A stretch of 64,000 nucleotides of DNA from Centroscyllium fabricii (GCA_051313645.2 JBNRSN020000161.1:682001-746000), one strand, 5' to 3'. Positions 49,389-62,099 are shown, counted from the first letter of the stretch. A program made the numbers and translations. The notes: generated by a model from the sequence alone, not told the origin.

Positions 49389-52300
49389 TGTGGTAAACCA
49401 CTGTGTTATATATCTGTACCATATCTATAACCTTTAGCATTGTATGTATGACCCTCTCTGTGTGTATATAGTTCCCCATGTATAGCTTGCCTGGGCATGC
49501 CCGTGCTGACTCCGCCTGCGGCCCCTCATCCATGGACCAGGTATAAAGGTGACTGTCTCCCTCCCCCCGATCATTCCGGGAGCAGTCGACTAGTTGGGGC
49601 ATGCCCATGTCTTAGCGAATAAAAGCCTTTTATTCACCACATAACTTCTCGTCTCCAAGGTTATTGATAAGGTATCAATTTTATTCACTAAATTTCATCA
49701 TGGAGCTAATGCTAAAACCAGCGACGTTAGAACTGGATCCCCAAGCGCCAGGCGCCTCTAACACGTTTACGCACTGGTTCAACTGCTTCGAGGCGTACCT
49801 TGAAGCCACCGCTTCGATCGTCCAGACGGACAGAGACAAACTGCGCCTTCTCAATGCCCGGGTGGGCCCCCAGGTGTACTTAATAATCGCGGACGCTACG
49901 TCCTATACCGAGGCGGTCCGAATCCTGAAGGCCGAATACACCCGGGCACCGAACATCGTCTACGCCAGACACCTCCTGGCCACCAGAAAGCAGCAACCCG
50001 GGGAATCGGGCGTGGAGTTCCTACGAGCGCTGAGAGTCCTCTGCCGGGCCTGCAACTGTAAGTCACAGTCAGCCTTGGTGCACGCCGAAAGCCTCATCAG
50101 GGACGCTTACATCACCGGCCTCAGGTCAGATTATATCAGGCAAAGACTGTTGGAGCAGGATGGCCTGGACCTGCAGGCAACGGTGAACTTGCAAACTCGC
50201 TGGGCTTGGCGTCCCATAATATGGCCGCTTTCTCCTCTGACCATGCGGGCACATCGCGGACGACGCCATCTTGGACGCAGCCGGCCGCATTGCGACCAGC
50301 GGATGAGATGACTGCGGCTACAACCTCCAGAGGCCAAAAGTGTTATTTCTGCGGCCAGGCTCAGCACCCCAGGCGAAATTGCCCGGCAAGAGACGCGGCC
50401 TGCTCCAAGTGCGGAAAGAAGGGCCATTATGCGAAGGTATGCAGAGCGGCAGCGCAATCGACCTCCAAACCGGGCAGCGCCGCGTGTGACCCGTGGGGGC
50501 AGCCATCTTGGACACAGCAGGCAGCACCATCTTGGACACAGCCATCCTCCACACAGACCGCCGCGTGGGAGCAGACGCCATCTTGGACACAGCCATCTTC
50601 CACACAGCCCGCCGCGTGGCGGCAGCCATCTTGGGACCAGGCCCCAGACCTCTCAACCGACTCCACCGACCCGATACTGGCCTCAATCACCCTCGACCAG
50701 AACAGGAGCCAACCACTCAGCAAGTCGATGATGACGGTGCAGGTGAACGGGCAAAGTACGGACTGCCTTTTCGACAGCGGGAGTACGGCGAGCTTCGTAC
50801 ACCCTGATACGGTAAAGCGCTTCTCCCTAAAGGTTACTCCAGCTAGCCAAAAGATTTCGATGGCTTCAAAGTCCGAATCCGCGGACGTCTGCGGTCACTG
50901 CGCAGTGACCCTGACAGTGCGGGGCGTGCACTTTCAGAATTTTAAACTATTCGTGCTGCCGCAGCTCTGCACTCCCCTACTGCTGAGCCTCGATTTCCAG
51001 TGTCAGCTCCAGAGCGTGACAATGGCGTACGGTGGGCTCCTTCCCCCGCTCACGGTCAGCAACCAGCGCTCCCCGCAGTGCCCACAGCACGCTACCTGCG
51101 GTCTCTCGACCCTTAAGGTCGCCCCTCCCTCACTCTTCGCCAACCTCACCCCGGACTGCAAGCCCGTCGCCACCAAACGTAGGCGCTACAGTACCGGGGA
51201 CAGAGACTTTATTAAGTCTGAGGTGAAACGGCTCCTGAAGGAAGGGGTCATCGAGGCCAGTAATAGCCCCTGGAGGGCGCAGGTAGTGGTGGTAAAGACC
51301 GGAGCCAAGCACCAAATGGTCGTTGACTACAGTCAGACCATTAATCGGTTCACACAGCTAGATGCGTATCCCCTCCCCCGCATAGCAGACATGGTGAACC
51401 AGATAGCCCAGTATCGGGTCTTCTCGACCATCGATCTGAAGTCTGCGTACTACCAGCTCCCCATCTGCCCAGAGGACCGCCACTATACTGCCTTCGAGGC
51501 AGACGGCCGCCTCTATCACTTTCTCAGTGTTCCGTTTGGTGTCACCAACGGGGTCACGGTCTTCCAAAGGGAGATGGACCGAATGGTTGATCAGTACGGA
51601 CTGCGGGCCACCTTTCCGTATCTTGATAATGTTACCATCTGCGGCCATGATCAGCAGGACCACGACACCAACCTCCAGAAATTTCTCCACACCGCCATAA
51701 ATCTGAACCTGACTTATAACACGGAAAAATGTGTGTTCAGGACAACCCGCCTCGCCATCCTCGGCAGTGTTGTGGAGAATGGGGTCATCGGTCCCGACCC
51801 GGACCGCATGCGCCTCCTCCTGGAGCTCCCCTTCCCCCACTCCCTCAAGGCCCTGAAAAAGTGCCTGGGGTTCTTTTCTTCTTATGCCCAGTGGGTCCCC
51901 AACTACGCGGACAAGGCCCGCCCACTTATTAAATCAACCTCCTTTCCCCTGTCGGCAGAGGCCCGCACGGCCTTCTGCGGTATTAAACAGGACATTGCAA
52001 AGGCCGCGATGCACGCTGTGGACGAGTCCATCCCGTTCCAGGTAGAGAGCGATGCGTCCGACTTTGCCCTGGCCGCCACCCTTAACCAGGCGGGCAAACC
52101 CGTGGCCTTCTTCTCGCGCACCCTCCAGGGCCCCGAGACCCGACACTCTTCCATTGAGAAGGAGGCCCAGGCCATTGTTGAAGCAGTGCGACGCTGGAAG
52201 CACTACCTGGCCGGCAAACGATTTACCCTGCTGACTGACCAACGCTCAGTTGCTTTTATGTTCAACAACAAAAAGCGGGGTAAAATCAAGAACGACAAGA

Positions 52301-55300
52301 TGTCGAGGTGGAGAATCGAACTCTCCGCTTTCAATTATGATATCTTGTACCGGCCCGGGAAATTCAATGAGCCCCCAGATGCCCTGTCCCGTGGTACATG
52401 TGCCAGCGCACATGTAGACTGTCTCCAGACCCTGTGTAACCGTCAATAACGTCTTCGGAGTCGAATAGTTGGTTATAATAATCAGGCTTTTATTAACTAC
52501 GTTTAGCAATACTCAACAGAGCTGACTGTCCCCAGAATGGCATGGGGGATGGGGGCAGTCGCTTATATACCTCCTCCAGCGGGGGAGGAGTCATGGGCGG
52601 CGCCAGGTATGTCCCTGGGATCCCATACAGGTATTACAAGGTATTACAGGTATTACAAGGTATTACAAGGTATTACAAGGTGGTTCGTTATATACAGTGA
52701 TATATGGTTTATCACATTCACCCCTTCTTTGAAACAAAAGTACAGCGGGGTGAACAAAACACAGAAGTACAACGGGGTGAAAAAAACTAATAATTACAAG
52801 GTGCTCATTAACACAATATATACAATCAGAGTTCTTATGACTATAAATTCAGTCTTTCAGGCGGTTTCGTTATCCGCGCTGATCTTCGCACCGCTGGTGG
52901 TGCCTGTGGTGTTCGTTGTCGTGGAGTGGCTGGTTGTGTCGGTTGTTCCCTTGCTGCCGGTCGACTGGTGGTGGTTATGTCACTTCTGGGTGGCGGTGAT
53001 GCCCTTATTCCGACAGCAGGGGGCGCGTTTTCTCCTTCGTCCTCTGGCTGTAGGGGGCGCGCGTTGTGGATCCAGGCTTGGGGCCGGGTCGTGCTGCTCG
53101 CAGGTGCCTTGTGGACATACTGGGGTACTGGGCCCACGTGTCGGGGCGTGTACTTCGGCCTCGGTGGCTCGGGGGGCGTCCCAGGACGTTTTGGGAGCTC
53201 GGGCTGCCTGGCGGGGCTGGTTTTGGGGGCTCCTGCTGGGGCTAGGTCCTTTATGGACACGGTGTCCTCCCTCCCGTCGGGGTACTCTATGTAAGCGTAC
53301 TGGGGATTGGCGTGCAGGAGGTGGACCCGTTCGACTAGGGGATCTGCCTTGTGTCCCCTCACATGCTTCCGCAGCAGGACCGGTCCCGGAGTTAGCAGCC
53401 ACGATGGTAGCGAGGTCCCGGAAGCTGACTTCCTGGGGAAGGCAAAAAGTCTTTCGTGAGGGGTGGCATTAGTGGCAGTACACAGTAGGGACCGGATAGA
53501 GTGGAGGGCTTCAGGGAGAACGTCCTGCCACCGGGTGACTGGGAGGTCTTTGGACTTTAGGGCTAACTGGATGGCTTTCCAGACCGTGGCGTTCTCTCTC
53601 TCTACCTGCCCGTTCCCCCGGGGGTTGTAGCTGGTAGTCCTGCTAGTCGCGATGCCTTTTGCTAGCAGGAACTGACGCAGCTCGTCACTCATAAAAGAGG
53701 CCCCCCGGTCACTATGGATATAGTTCGGGTACCCGAACAGGGAGAAGATGCTACTGAGTGCTTTGATGACGGTGGCTGAGGTCATGTCCTGGCAGGGTAT
53801 GGCGAAGGGGAAACGGGAGTACTCATCTATAACATTGAGGAAATAGACGTTCCTGTTGGCTGAGGGAAGGGGCCCTTTAAAATCGACGCTGAGTCGTTCA
53901 AAGGGGCGAGTGGCCTTGATTAAGTGCGCCCGGTCGGGCCGGTAGAAGTGCAGCTTGCACTCCGCGCAGACCTGGCAGTTGCTGGTCATGGTCTTGACTT
54001 CCTCGATGGAGTAGGGGAGGTTGCGGGACTTCACAAAGTGAACCAACCTGGTGACCCCCGGGTGGCAGAGGTCATTGTGAAGGGTTTGGAGACGGTCAGC
54101 CTGTGCGCTGGCACAGGTACCGCGGGATAGGGCATCTGGGGGTTCGTTAAATTTCCCGGGCCGGTACAAGATATCGTAATTGAACGCAGATAGTTCAATT
54201 CTCCACCTTAATATCTTGTCGTTCTTGATCTTACCCCGCTCTTTGTTGTTGAACATAAAAGCGACTGAGCGTTGGTCAGTCAACAGGGTAAAACGCTTGC
54301 CGGCCAGGTAGTGCTTCCAGTGCCGCACTGCTTCAACAATGGCTTGGGCCTCCTTTTCAATTGAGGAATGGCGGGTTTCTGGGCCTTGGAGGGTACGTGA
54401 AAAGAAGGCCACGGGTCTGCCCGCCTGGTTAAGGGTGGCGGCCAGGGCAAAGTCAGATGCATCACTTTCCACTTGGAATGGGACGGACTCATCCACAGCG
54501 TGCATCGTGGCTTTGGCTATGTCCTTTTTAATTCTGCAGAATGCCGAGTTGGCTTCTGCAGAAAGTGGGAAAGAGGTTGATTTTAATAGTGGGCGAGCTT
54601 TGTCCGCGTAATTGGGGACCCACTGGGCATAATAGGCAAAGAATCCCAAAATCCGTTTAAGAGATTTGGGGGAGTGGGGGAGGGGAAGCTCCATGAGGGG
54701 GCGCATGCGGTCCGGGTCTGGACCGATGACTCCATTCTCCACCACGTTTCCGAGGATGGCAAGGCGGGTGGTGCTAAACACACATTTCTCCTTATTATAC
54801 GTTAAATTCAGAGTTTTGGCCGTGTGGAGAAATTTTTGGAGATTGGTGTTATGGTCCTGCTGGTCATGGCCGCGGATGGTCACATTATCAAGGTACGGGA
54901 AGGTCGCTCGCAGCCTGTACCGATCGACCATTCGGTCCATCTCCCTTTGGAAGACCGAGACCCCGTTCGTGACTCCAAACGGCACCCTAAGGAAGTGGTA
55001 GAGGCGGCCGTCAGCCTCAAAGGCAGTATAAAGACGGTCCTGTGAGCGGATGGGGAGCTGGTGATAAGCAGATTTTAGGTCAATGGTTGAGAACACTTTA
55101 AACTGGGCGATTTGGTTCACCATGTCCGCTATCCGGGGAAGGGGGGTAGGCATCTAATTGGGTGAACCGGTTTATGGTCTGGCTGTAATCCACTACCATC
55201 CTATTCTTCTCCCCGGTTTTCACCACGACTACCTGTGCTCTCCAGGGGCTATTACTGGCCTCTATGACCCCTTCTTTTAGGAGGCGCTGCACCTCAGATT

Positions 55301-58300
55301 TTATAAATGCCATGTCCCCAGCACTGTAGCGCCTACTCTTGGTGGCGACGGGCTTACAGTCTGGGGTGAGGTTGGCAAAGAGGGATGGAGGGGCAACCTT
55401 AAGGGTTGAGAGACCACAGGTAGTGTACTGGGGGTACCGCTTTGAGCCGCGGTTTGTGACCGTGAGAGGGGGAAGGGGTCCACCGAATGCCATCGTAACG
55501 CTCCGAAGATGGCACTGGAAATCCAGTCCCAGGAGTAGGGGGGCGCAGAGCTGCGGCAGCACGTAAAAACTAAAATCATTAAACATTGCGCCCTGTACCT
55601 TAAGAGTTACAATACAGCGCCCGGTGACGTCAGCGGATTCTGACTTGGACGCCATAGATATTCTCTGGCGCGCAGGGATTACTTTAAGGGAGAGGCGCTT
55701 AACAGTATTCTGGTGAACAAAACTTACTGTGCTCCCACTGTCGAACAGGCACACCACCTCTTCACCGTTAACTTCCACCGGCATCATTGACCTCTCCAGT
55801 GGCTGGATTTTCCTCTGGTCTAGGCTCATGGATGCTAGTACCAGGTCCTCCACAAAGTCTTGATCCGGAGAGTAGTTATCTTGGTCCAGAGAGTAGTTAT
55901 CTTGATCCGGAGAGTAGTCCTCCAGATCAGCTTCCTGAGATGGCTGCCGCCATGTGCTGTGCTGTTGAGTCCAAGATGGCCGCCGTTGCTGCCTCGAGTG
56001 CTGCCTCGAGGGGGATGGGTGAGCCCGATATTGCTGCTCCCCTGTTCCACATGCAGCGCTGCCCAGTCTTGATTTAGCGTTTGGGCCTTTGCAGACCTTT
56101 GCATAGTGTCCCTTTTTGTCGCACTTGGAGCAGATCGCTTCTTTTGCGGGGCAGCTGCGTCTTAGATGCTGTGGTTGTCCACAGAAGTAACATTTAGCTT
56201 TAGCGTGGGCCGCTGTGAGAAGTTCCTCTGGCGGTCTTTGCGCCAGTACTGTCCAAGATTGCGGGGCTGGGCCCGTATAGTTACTAGAGTAGGATGATAA
56301 ATCCGTAGAGGCGCTATCTAGCGCGTGTCCCAAGTCTATAGTGGCCTGTAAGTCCTGGCCATTCTGCTCTAGCAGTCTTTGCCTAGCATAGTCCGATTTC
56401 AGGCCTGTTACATAGGCATCCCTGATGAGACTCTCCATATGCACCAGAGCCGTTTGCGCTCTGCAGTCACAATCCCGTGCCAGAATTCTGAGGGCTCTTA
56501 GGAACTGCACACTCGACTCGTTATTCTGTTGTTTTCGGGTGGCAAGTATATGTCTCGCGTGGACTCTGTTTGGTGCCCGATTGTATTCCGCCTCGAGGGT
56601 CCTGAGGGCTTCTTGGAATGATGGGGCGTCCACTATCATCGAATATACTTGCGGGCCCACCCGGGCGTGGAGGAGTCGTCGTTTTTGCTCCTCGGTCAGT
56701 ATGACCGCTGCGTTGGCTCTAACGTATCCTTCAAGTACATTTCGCCAGTGTGAGAAAGCGTTTGATGCTCCAGGCGATCGGGGGTCAACTTCGAACACTG
56801 ATGGTTTCAACATTGTAGTATCCATTTCCAGTTGTTAATAAAATTGTAACCGTCAATAACGTCTTCGGAGTCGAATAGTTGGTTATAATAATCAGGCTTT
56901 TATTAACTACGTTTAGCAATACTCAACAGAGCTGACTGTCCCCAGAATGGCATGGGGGATGGGGGCAGTCGCTTATATACCTCCTCCAGCGGGGGAGGAG
57001 TCATGGGCGGCGCCAGGTATGTCCCTGGGATCCCATACAGGTATTACAAGGTATTACAGGTATTACAGGTATTACAAGGTATTACAAGGTATTACAAGGT
57101 ATTACAAGGTGGTTCGTTATATACAGTGATATATGGTTTATCACACCCTGCACAACGACCTCTGCCACCCGGGGGTCACCAGGTTCGTCCACTTTATTAA
57201 GTCCCGCAACCTCCCCTACTCCATCGAGGAGGTCAGAACCATGACCAAGAACTGCCGGGTCTGTGCAGAGAGCAAGCCGCACTTCTTCCGGCCTGACCGG
57301 GCACACCTGATCAAGGCCACCCGCCCCTTTGAGCAACTTAGAGTCGACTTTAAAGGGCCCCTCCCCTCCTCCAACCGCAACGTGTACTTTCTCAACGTCA
57401 TTGACGAGTACTCACGTTTCCCCTTCGCCATCCCCTGTCCAGACATGACCTCCTCCACGGTCATTAGGGCGCTGCACAGCATCTTCTCCCTGTTCGGGTA
57501 CCCCAGCTACATCCATAGCGACCGGGGTGCCTCCTTCATGAGTGACGAGCTGCGTCAGTTTCTGCTCACCAAAGGCATCGCCACGCACAGGACTACCAGC
57601 TATAACCCCCGGGGGAACGGACAGGTAGAGAGGGAGAACGCCACCGTCTGGAAGGCCATCCTATTAGCCCTACGGTCTAAAGGCCTCCCAGTCTCCCGCT
57701 GGCAGGACGTCCTCCCCGAAGCGCTCCAGGAAGTCGGCTTCAGGGACCTCACTGCCGTCCTGGCTATCATCCCCAGGACATGTCCTGCTCCGGAAGCACG
57801 TGAGGGGCCATAAGTCGGACCCCCTGGTCGAACGGGTCCATCTCCTGCACGCCAACCCCCAGTACCCCTACGTGGCGTACCCTGATGGGCGGGAGGATAC
57901 GGTGTCCATCAAGGACCTGGCACCCTCAGGTGCCCCAGAGACCACTACGACCCACCAGCCTGCACCCCCCCCACCCTTGTGGCACCAGCACCACGGTACG
58001 TCATACCCCTCGAGGCACCAGGACCACGGTACGCCCACCCAGCACCTGCAGGCAGCACGGTATGGCCCTCAAACCTACGCACCCGCCAGCCGGACGACGA
58101 ATGGGAGAGCGCACCAGTGATCATAACCGCAAGGGGCCCCGCGTCGGAGCAAGCTCCGTCACCGACTCGTCCGCCGCCGACTCCGCCGCCAATGGTATGC
58201 CGCTCCACCAGGCAGACCAAGCCATCCGACAGACTGAACATTTAAGGGTTGCCCAACATTTACCCCGCCGGACTTTATTTTAAACAAGGGGTGAATGTGG

Positions 58301-58573
58301 TAAACCACTGTATTATATATCTGTACCCGTTAGCATTGTGTGTATGACCCTGCTGTATGTACATAGTTCCTCATGTATGGCTTGTCCGGGCATGCCCGTG
58401 CTGACCCCGCCTGTGGCTCCTCCTCCCCGGACCCAGGTATAAAGGTGACTGTCTCCCTCCCCCCAATCATTCCGGGAGCAGTCGACTAGCTAGGGCATGC
58501 TCATGTCTTAGCGAATAAAAGCCTTTTATTCACTACATAACTTCTCGTCTCCGAGGTTTTTGATAAGGTATCA
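49389..58573 (+). mobile_element. Gypsy element E: LTRs 49389-49677 and 58296-58573, gag-pol interrupted by element D
   Basis: Gag 49699-~50200, a frameshift, then ORF 50206..52449 (CCHC, PR, RT, RNase H). Integrase resumes at 57146 with an internal deletion near 57727. PPT GGGGTGAA precedes the 3' LTR. Confidence 0.95.
52435..57145 (-). mobile_element. Gypsy element D, full length, very young, nested in E
   Basis: LTRs 52435-52716 and 56845-57145 differ only in GTATTACA(A)G repeat count. TSD CCCTG (52430-52434, 57146-57150). ORFs 55098..56825 and 52841..55153 cover gag-PR-RT-RH-IN. Confidence 0.97.
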
Positions 58574-59267
58574 CTGTTTCCCCTCCCCCTTTAAGTGTTG
58601 ACTGCGCCAGCATTGCTGGGAAGGCGAGGAGTGGCAGATGGAGTGCTGCACCCACGCTCGCCACTTAGCGCCTGAATAGTGGCCGTTTGCACCCGCGCAA
58701 CGCTTAATTTAGCGCTGCAATCTGCAAGGCCGGCGCTAAAGCGAATATCGGGGGCTCCGGTGCTAATTTGCGCCCGGTGCTAATTTTAGCGCTGTGCCGA
58801 GGTTAGCGCCCCAAAACGTGCGCTGACCAATTTTTCAGCCATAGAGTCATAGAGTTATACAGCACAGAAAGAGACCCTTCGGCCCATCGCGTCCGTACCA
58901 GCCATCAAGCCCTGTCTATTCTAATCCCATTTTCCTGCATTTGATCCATAGCCTTGTATGCTATGACATTTCAAGTGCTCATCTAAATGTTTCTTGAATG
59001 CTATGAGGGCTCCTGCCTCTATCACCCTTTCAGGCAGTGAGTTCCAGATTCCAACCACCCTCTTGGTGAAAAAGTTCTTCCTCGAATCCCCTCTAAACCT
59101 TCTGCCCCTTACCTTGAAACTATGCCCCCTGGTTATTGACCCCTCTATTAAGGGAAAAAGTTCCCTATCTATGCCCCTCATCATTTTGTACACCTCAATC
59201 AGGTCCCCCCTCAGCCATCTTTGGCTTGCTCTGCAATTTTGAGTAAGAAAAATCATGGTTTTTATAA

Positions 59268-59612
59268 AAAAAGTAATACTGTGGGACTTACAGCAGACTA
59301 GCGTTAGGCCCTGTGACTGCACCCCTTTGATGTGTTTTTTTTTTGCTTTAATAAGGGGGAAAAAAATCATTCTGTGTGTTTTGAGCATGTGACCACCCTT
59401 GCAATTGTGCCCCATTGTTCGCAGATTGAGGTGTTAAGGTATGCTAATATGCTTGTGTGCTCTAGGGGAAGAGGTCGGATTTCTCCCCTCCTCCGATATG
59501 TGTGATCTTTAAATCAGTCTCTTCTGTCACCTGAGGAAGGAGCAGCGCTCCGAAAGCTTGTGATTTAAAATAAAACGTTGGACTATAAACCTGGTGTTGT
59601 GTGACTTTTTGC
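59268..59612 (+). repeat. ~345-bp Penelope-derived segment duplicated at ~63591-63935
   Basis: Near-identical direct repeat AAGTAATACTGTGGGACTTACAGC...GTGTGACTTTTT. Confidence 0.9.
59527..59563 (+). ncRNA. Minimal hammerhead ribozyme (intact core)
   Basis: TCAC-CTGAGGA-AGGAGCAGCGCTCC-GAAAGCTT-GTGA. Confidence 0.8.
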
Positions 59613-60038
59613 ATTTGTCCACCCCAGTCCAACACTGGCACCTCCACATTATTGTTATATGTAGGGAGACACTGGAAATATGAGGTATTCGAGCCAACAG
59701 TGCAGCAATCCTAACTTCCTCCAGCATGGTCAGTGCTTCTAGTAAGGCTTTCTCCTGTTCCGTCTCAGTCATGAATGAAATCAAAATGATGTCCCGTGGC
59801 AGGGAATATGACCAGGACCTTCTAAGAACCGTGGCATTTTCATTTGCAAACAACATGAGAGGGCTGTCCTATGATGAGAGATTGTGTAGAATGGGCCTAT
59901 ACTCTCGGGAGTTTAGAAGAATGAGAGGTGATCTCATTGAAACATGCAAGATTCTGAAGGGGATTGACAGGATAGAGAGAGGGCTGTCGTAAAGAGGCAG
60001 TGTTTGATGTGGCGAGGCAGTGTGTGCAGCTAGAAATC

Positions 60039-60196
60039 ATACTTACCTGGTAGGGGAGAGACCATGATCAAGAAGGTGGTTCTCCCAGGACGAGGCTAAC
60101 CCATTGCACTTCGGGTGTGCTGACGCCTGCGATGTCCCCAAATGCGGAGACTGCAAAATTTGTGGTAGTGGGGGACTGCGTTCGCGCTCTCCCCTG
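60039..60196 (+). pseudogene. RNU1: U1 snRNA copy 3 (158 nt), probable pseudogene or variant
   Basis: ATACTTACCTGGTAGGGG...CTCTCCCCTG with a net 6-nt deletion in stem-loop 3 (GCGGAGACTGC vs GCGGGATACTCGACTGC). Upstream homology to the other copies stops at ~-50, where CR1 sequence abuts. Confidence 0.85.
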
Positions 60197-62099
60197 ACAT
60201 GCAAACAAGAATAGATCCACCTATTTTTACACACTGTCAGTTATGGTTTGACAAAGCTTTTCAACATCCTCATTTTTTGATCATATCTGTAACATCAGGG
60301 CTCCCCCTTCTGTTGTTACTCTGGATCACTTTACCTCTTAAATTTCTTAATTGCTAACTCTTAAGGACGAATCGCAACGACGTCCGCCGTATTAGCAACA
60401 AAATAAAGCCACACAATTCTGGCGTTCTCCTTTACAGCATCGGCAATATTTTACATTTCTAGTCGGAAAAAAGTGCTCTTTCTGCGAACAGCAACATCTT
60501 TTACGGCATGTTATCTCCATCAGCTCTGTGAAACCATTATGTGCTCCTTTCTAACCTTGCCCCCAATACGGCTATTCACTGCCCTTTAAAGCCATTTGCA
60601 CAGGCTTTTTCGCCAAAAGCATCATCAAACCCGGTTTCAAATCGACTTATTCGGAGTCATGTAAGCAACTACGCCCTCTTTTGGACGTTAAGGGAACTGC
60701 CTAATTAAGAGCTATTTATATTTTGTTCATGATTTAGGCCATTTACAGTTAACATTTTCTAAGACTTATAGCCCAAGGGGGTTATACACTGGTTTGAGCC
60801 CCTTGCTGTACAATAGTGGTACATCCTTAAACTGTGGCCTTTCCCCATTGAGCCTCTGCGGCGGCTGCGGCGAGACTCAGTTCATCCTCTCAACTCCCTC
60901 GTCACTGGCACAAGGAGCTCCCCTTGAACCTGAAGACGCTGACAGCAATAATCGGTCAGGTGGACACAGCCCTAAATTAATCACCAAATTACTTGATACA
61001 TAATGTCTTTGCGAGGTCAGTTGTAGAATTATTTGCTTCAAAATCTGATTACAAATGTTACATTTTGTTTTTATGGAGAAAAGAGACTTCAAAAGAAATA
61101 GCTGAACCTATTAGCTGAGGTGTTTAAGATGGCTAAAGGAGCTGAGGGTAAATAGAGAGAAACTCTTTCATCTGGTGGCAGAGTCCAGAACAAGGGAGCA
61201 GAACCTTAAAATTACAGCTATGCTGTTGCGGGGTGATGTCAGGAAGCACTTCTTCACACAAAGGGTGGTGGAAATCTGCAACTCTCTCCCCCCAAAAGCT
61301 GTTGAGGCTGGGGGTCAATTGAAAATTTCAAAACTGTCTTTGATACATTTTTGTTAGGCAAGTTTATTAAGGTTATGGAATCTAGGTGGGCAGATGGGGT
61401 TTCGTTTTATTTCATGCTTTTGGCCCAGTGACGATGCAGGTTCGGCAGATATATTTCCAAGCCAGGATGGTGTGTGACTTGGAGCTGTTGGTGCTGCCCT
61501 TGTCTTTCTAGTTGGAAGAGGTTGCGGGTATGGGAACATTGGAACAGGAGTCGGTCATTTATCCTCACAAGCCTGTTTCACCATTCAATGAGATCATGGC
61601 TGATCTGTGACCTAGCTCCAGAAACAACCGTTGCCTCGTATTCCATAATAGCTTTGGTTAACAATAATTTATCAATACCCGATATGAAATTAACAATTGA
61701 CCCAGCATCAATTGCCATTTGCGGAAGAGAGTTCCAAACTTCTACCACCCTTTGTGTGTAGCAGTGTTTCCCAATTTCACTCCTGAAAAGTCTGGTTGCT
61801 GCCGAAGAAGCCTTGGCAACTTGCTGCACTGCCATCTTGTAGATGGTCCACACGGCAGACACTGTGCACTGGTGGTGGAGAGAGTGGGGCCGCTAAATTC
61901 ACGGACTTGCATCCTAAGATGGGCGCAAGAGGTTTTAGCGCCGGATGCAAAATTCGCCAGGCGAACTCCGGCGGCGCTAACCGTTAGCGCCCGCTGCTGG
62001 GCGCACGGTGAGCATGAGCTGATTTCCTCGTGCAACGGCCTTCCTCAGGGCAGCACCGGAAATTGACCCGCGCCCGCCTACCTAACGCGCAGCGCTGCC

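Noticed and set aside
52537-53472. 311-aa plus-strand ORF as an env-like or antisense gene
   Set aside because: It is the antisense of the D LTR and the GC-rich integrase tail; related elements do not keep an equivalent start-to-stop frame.
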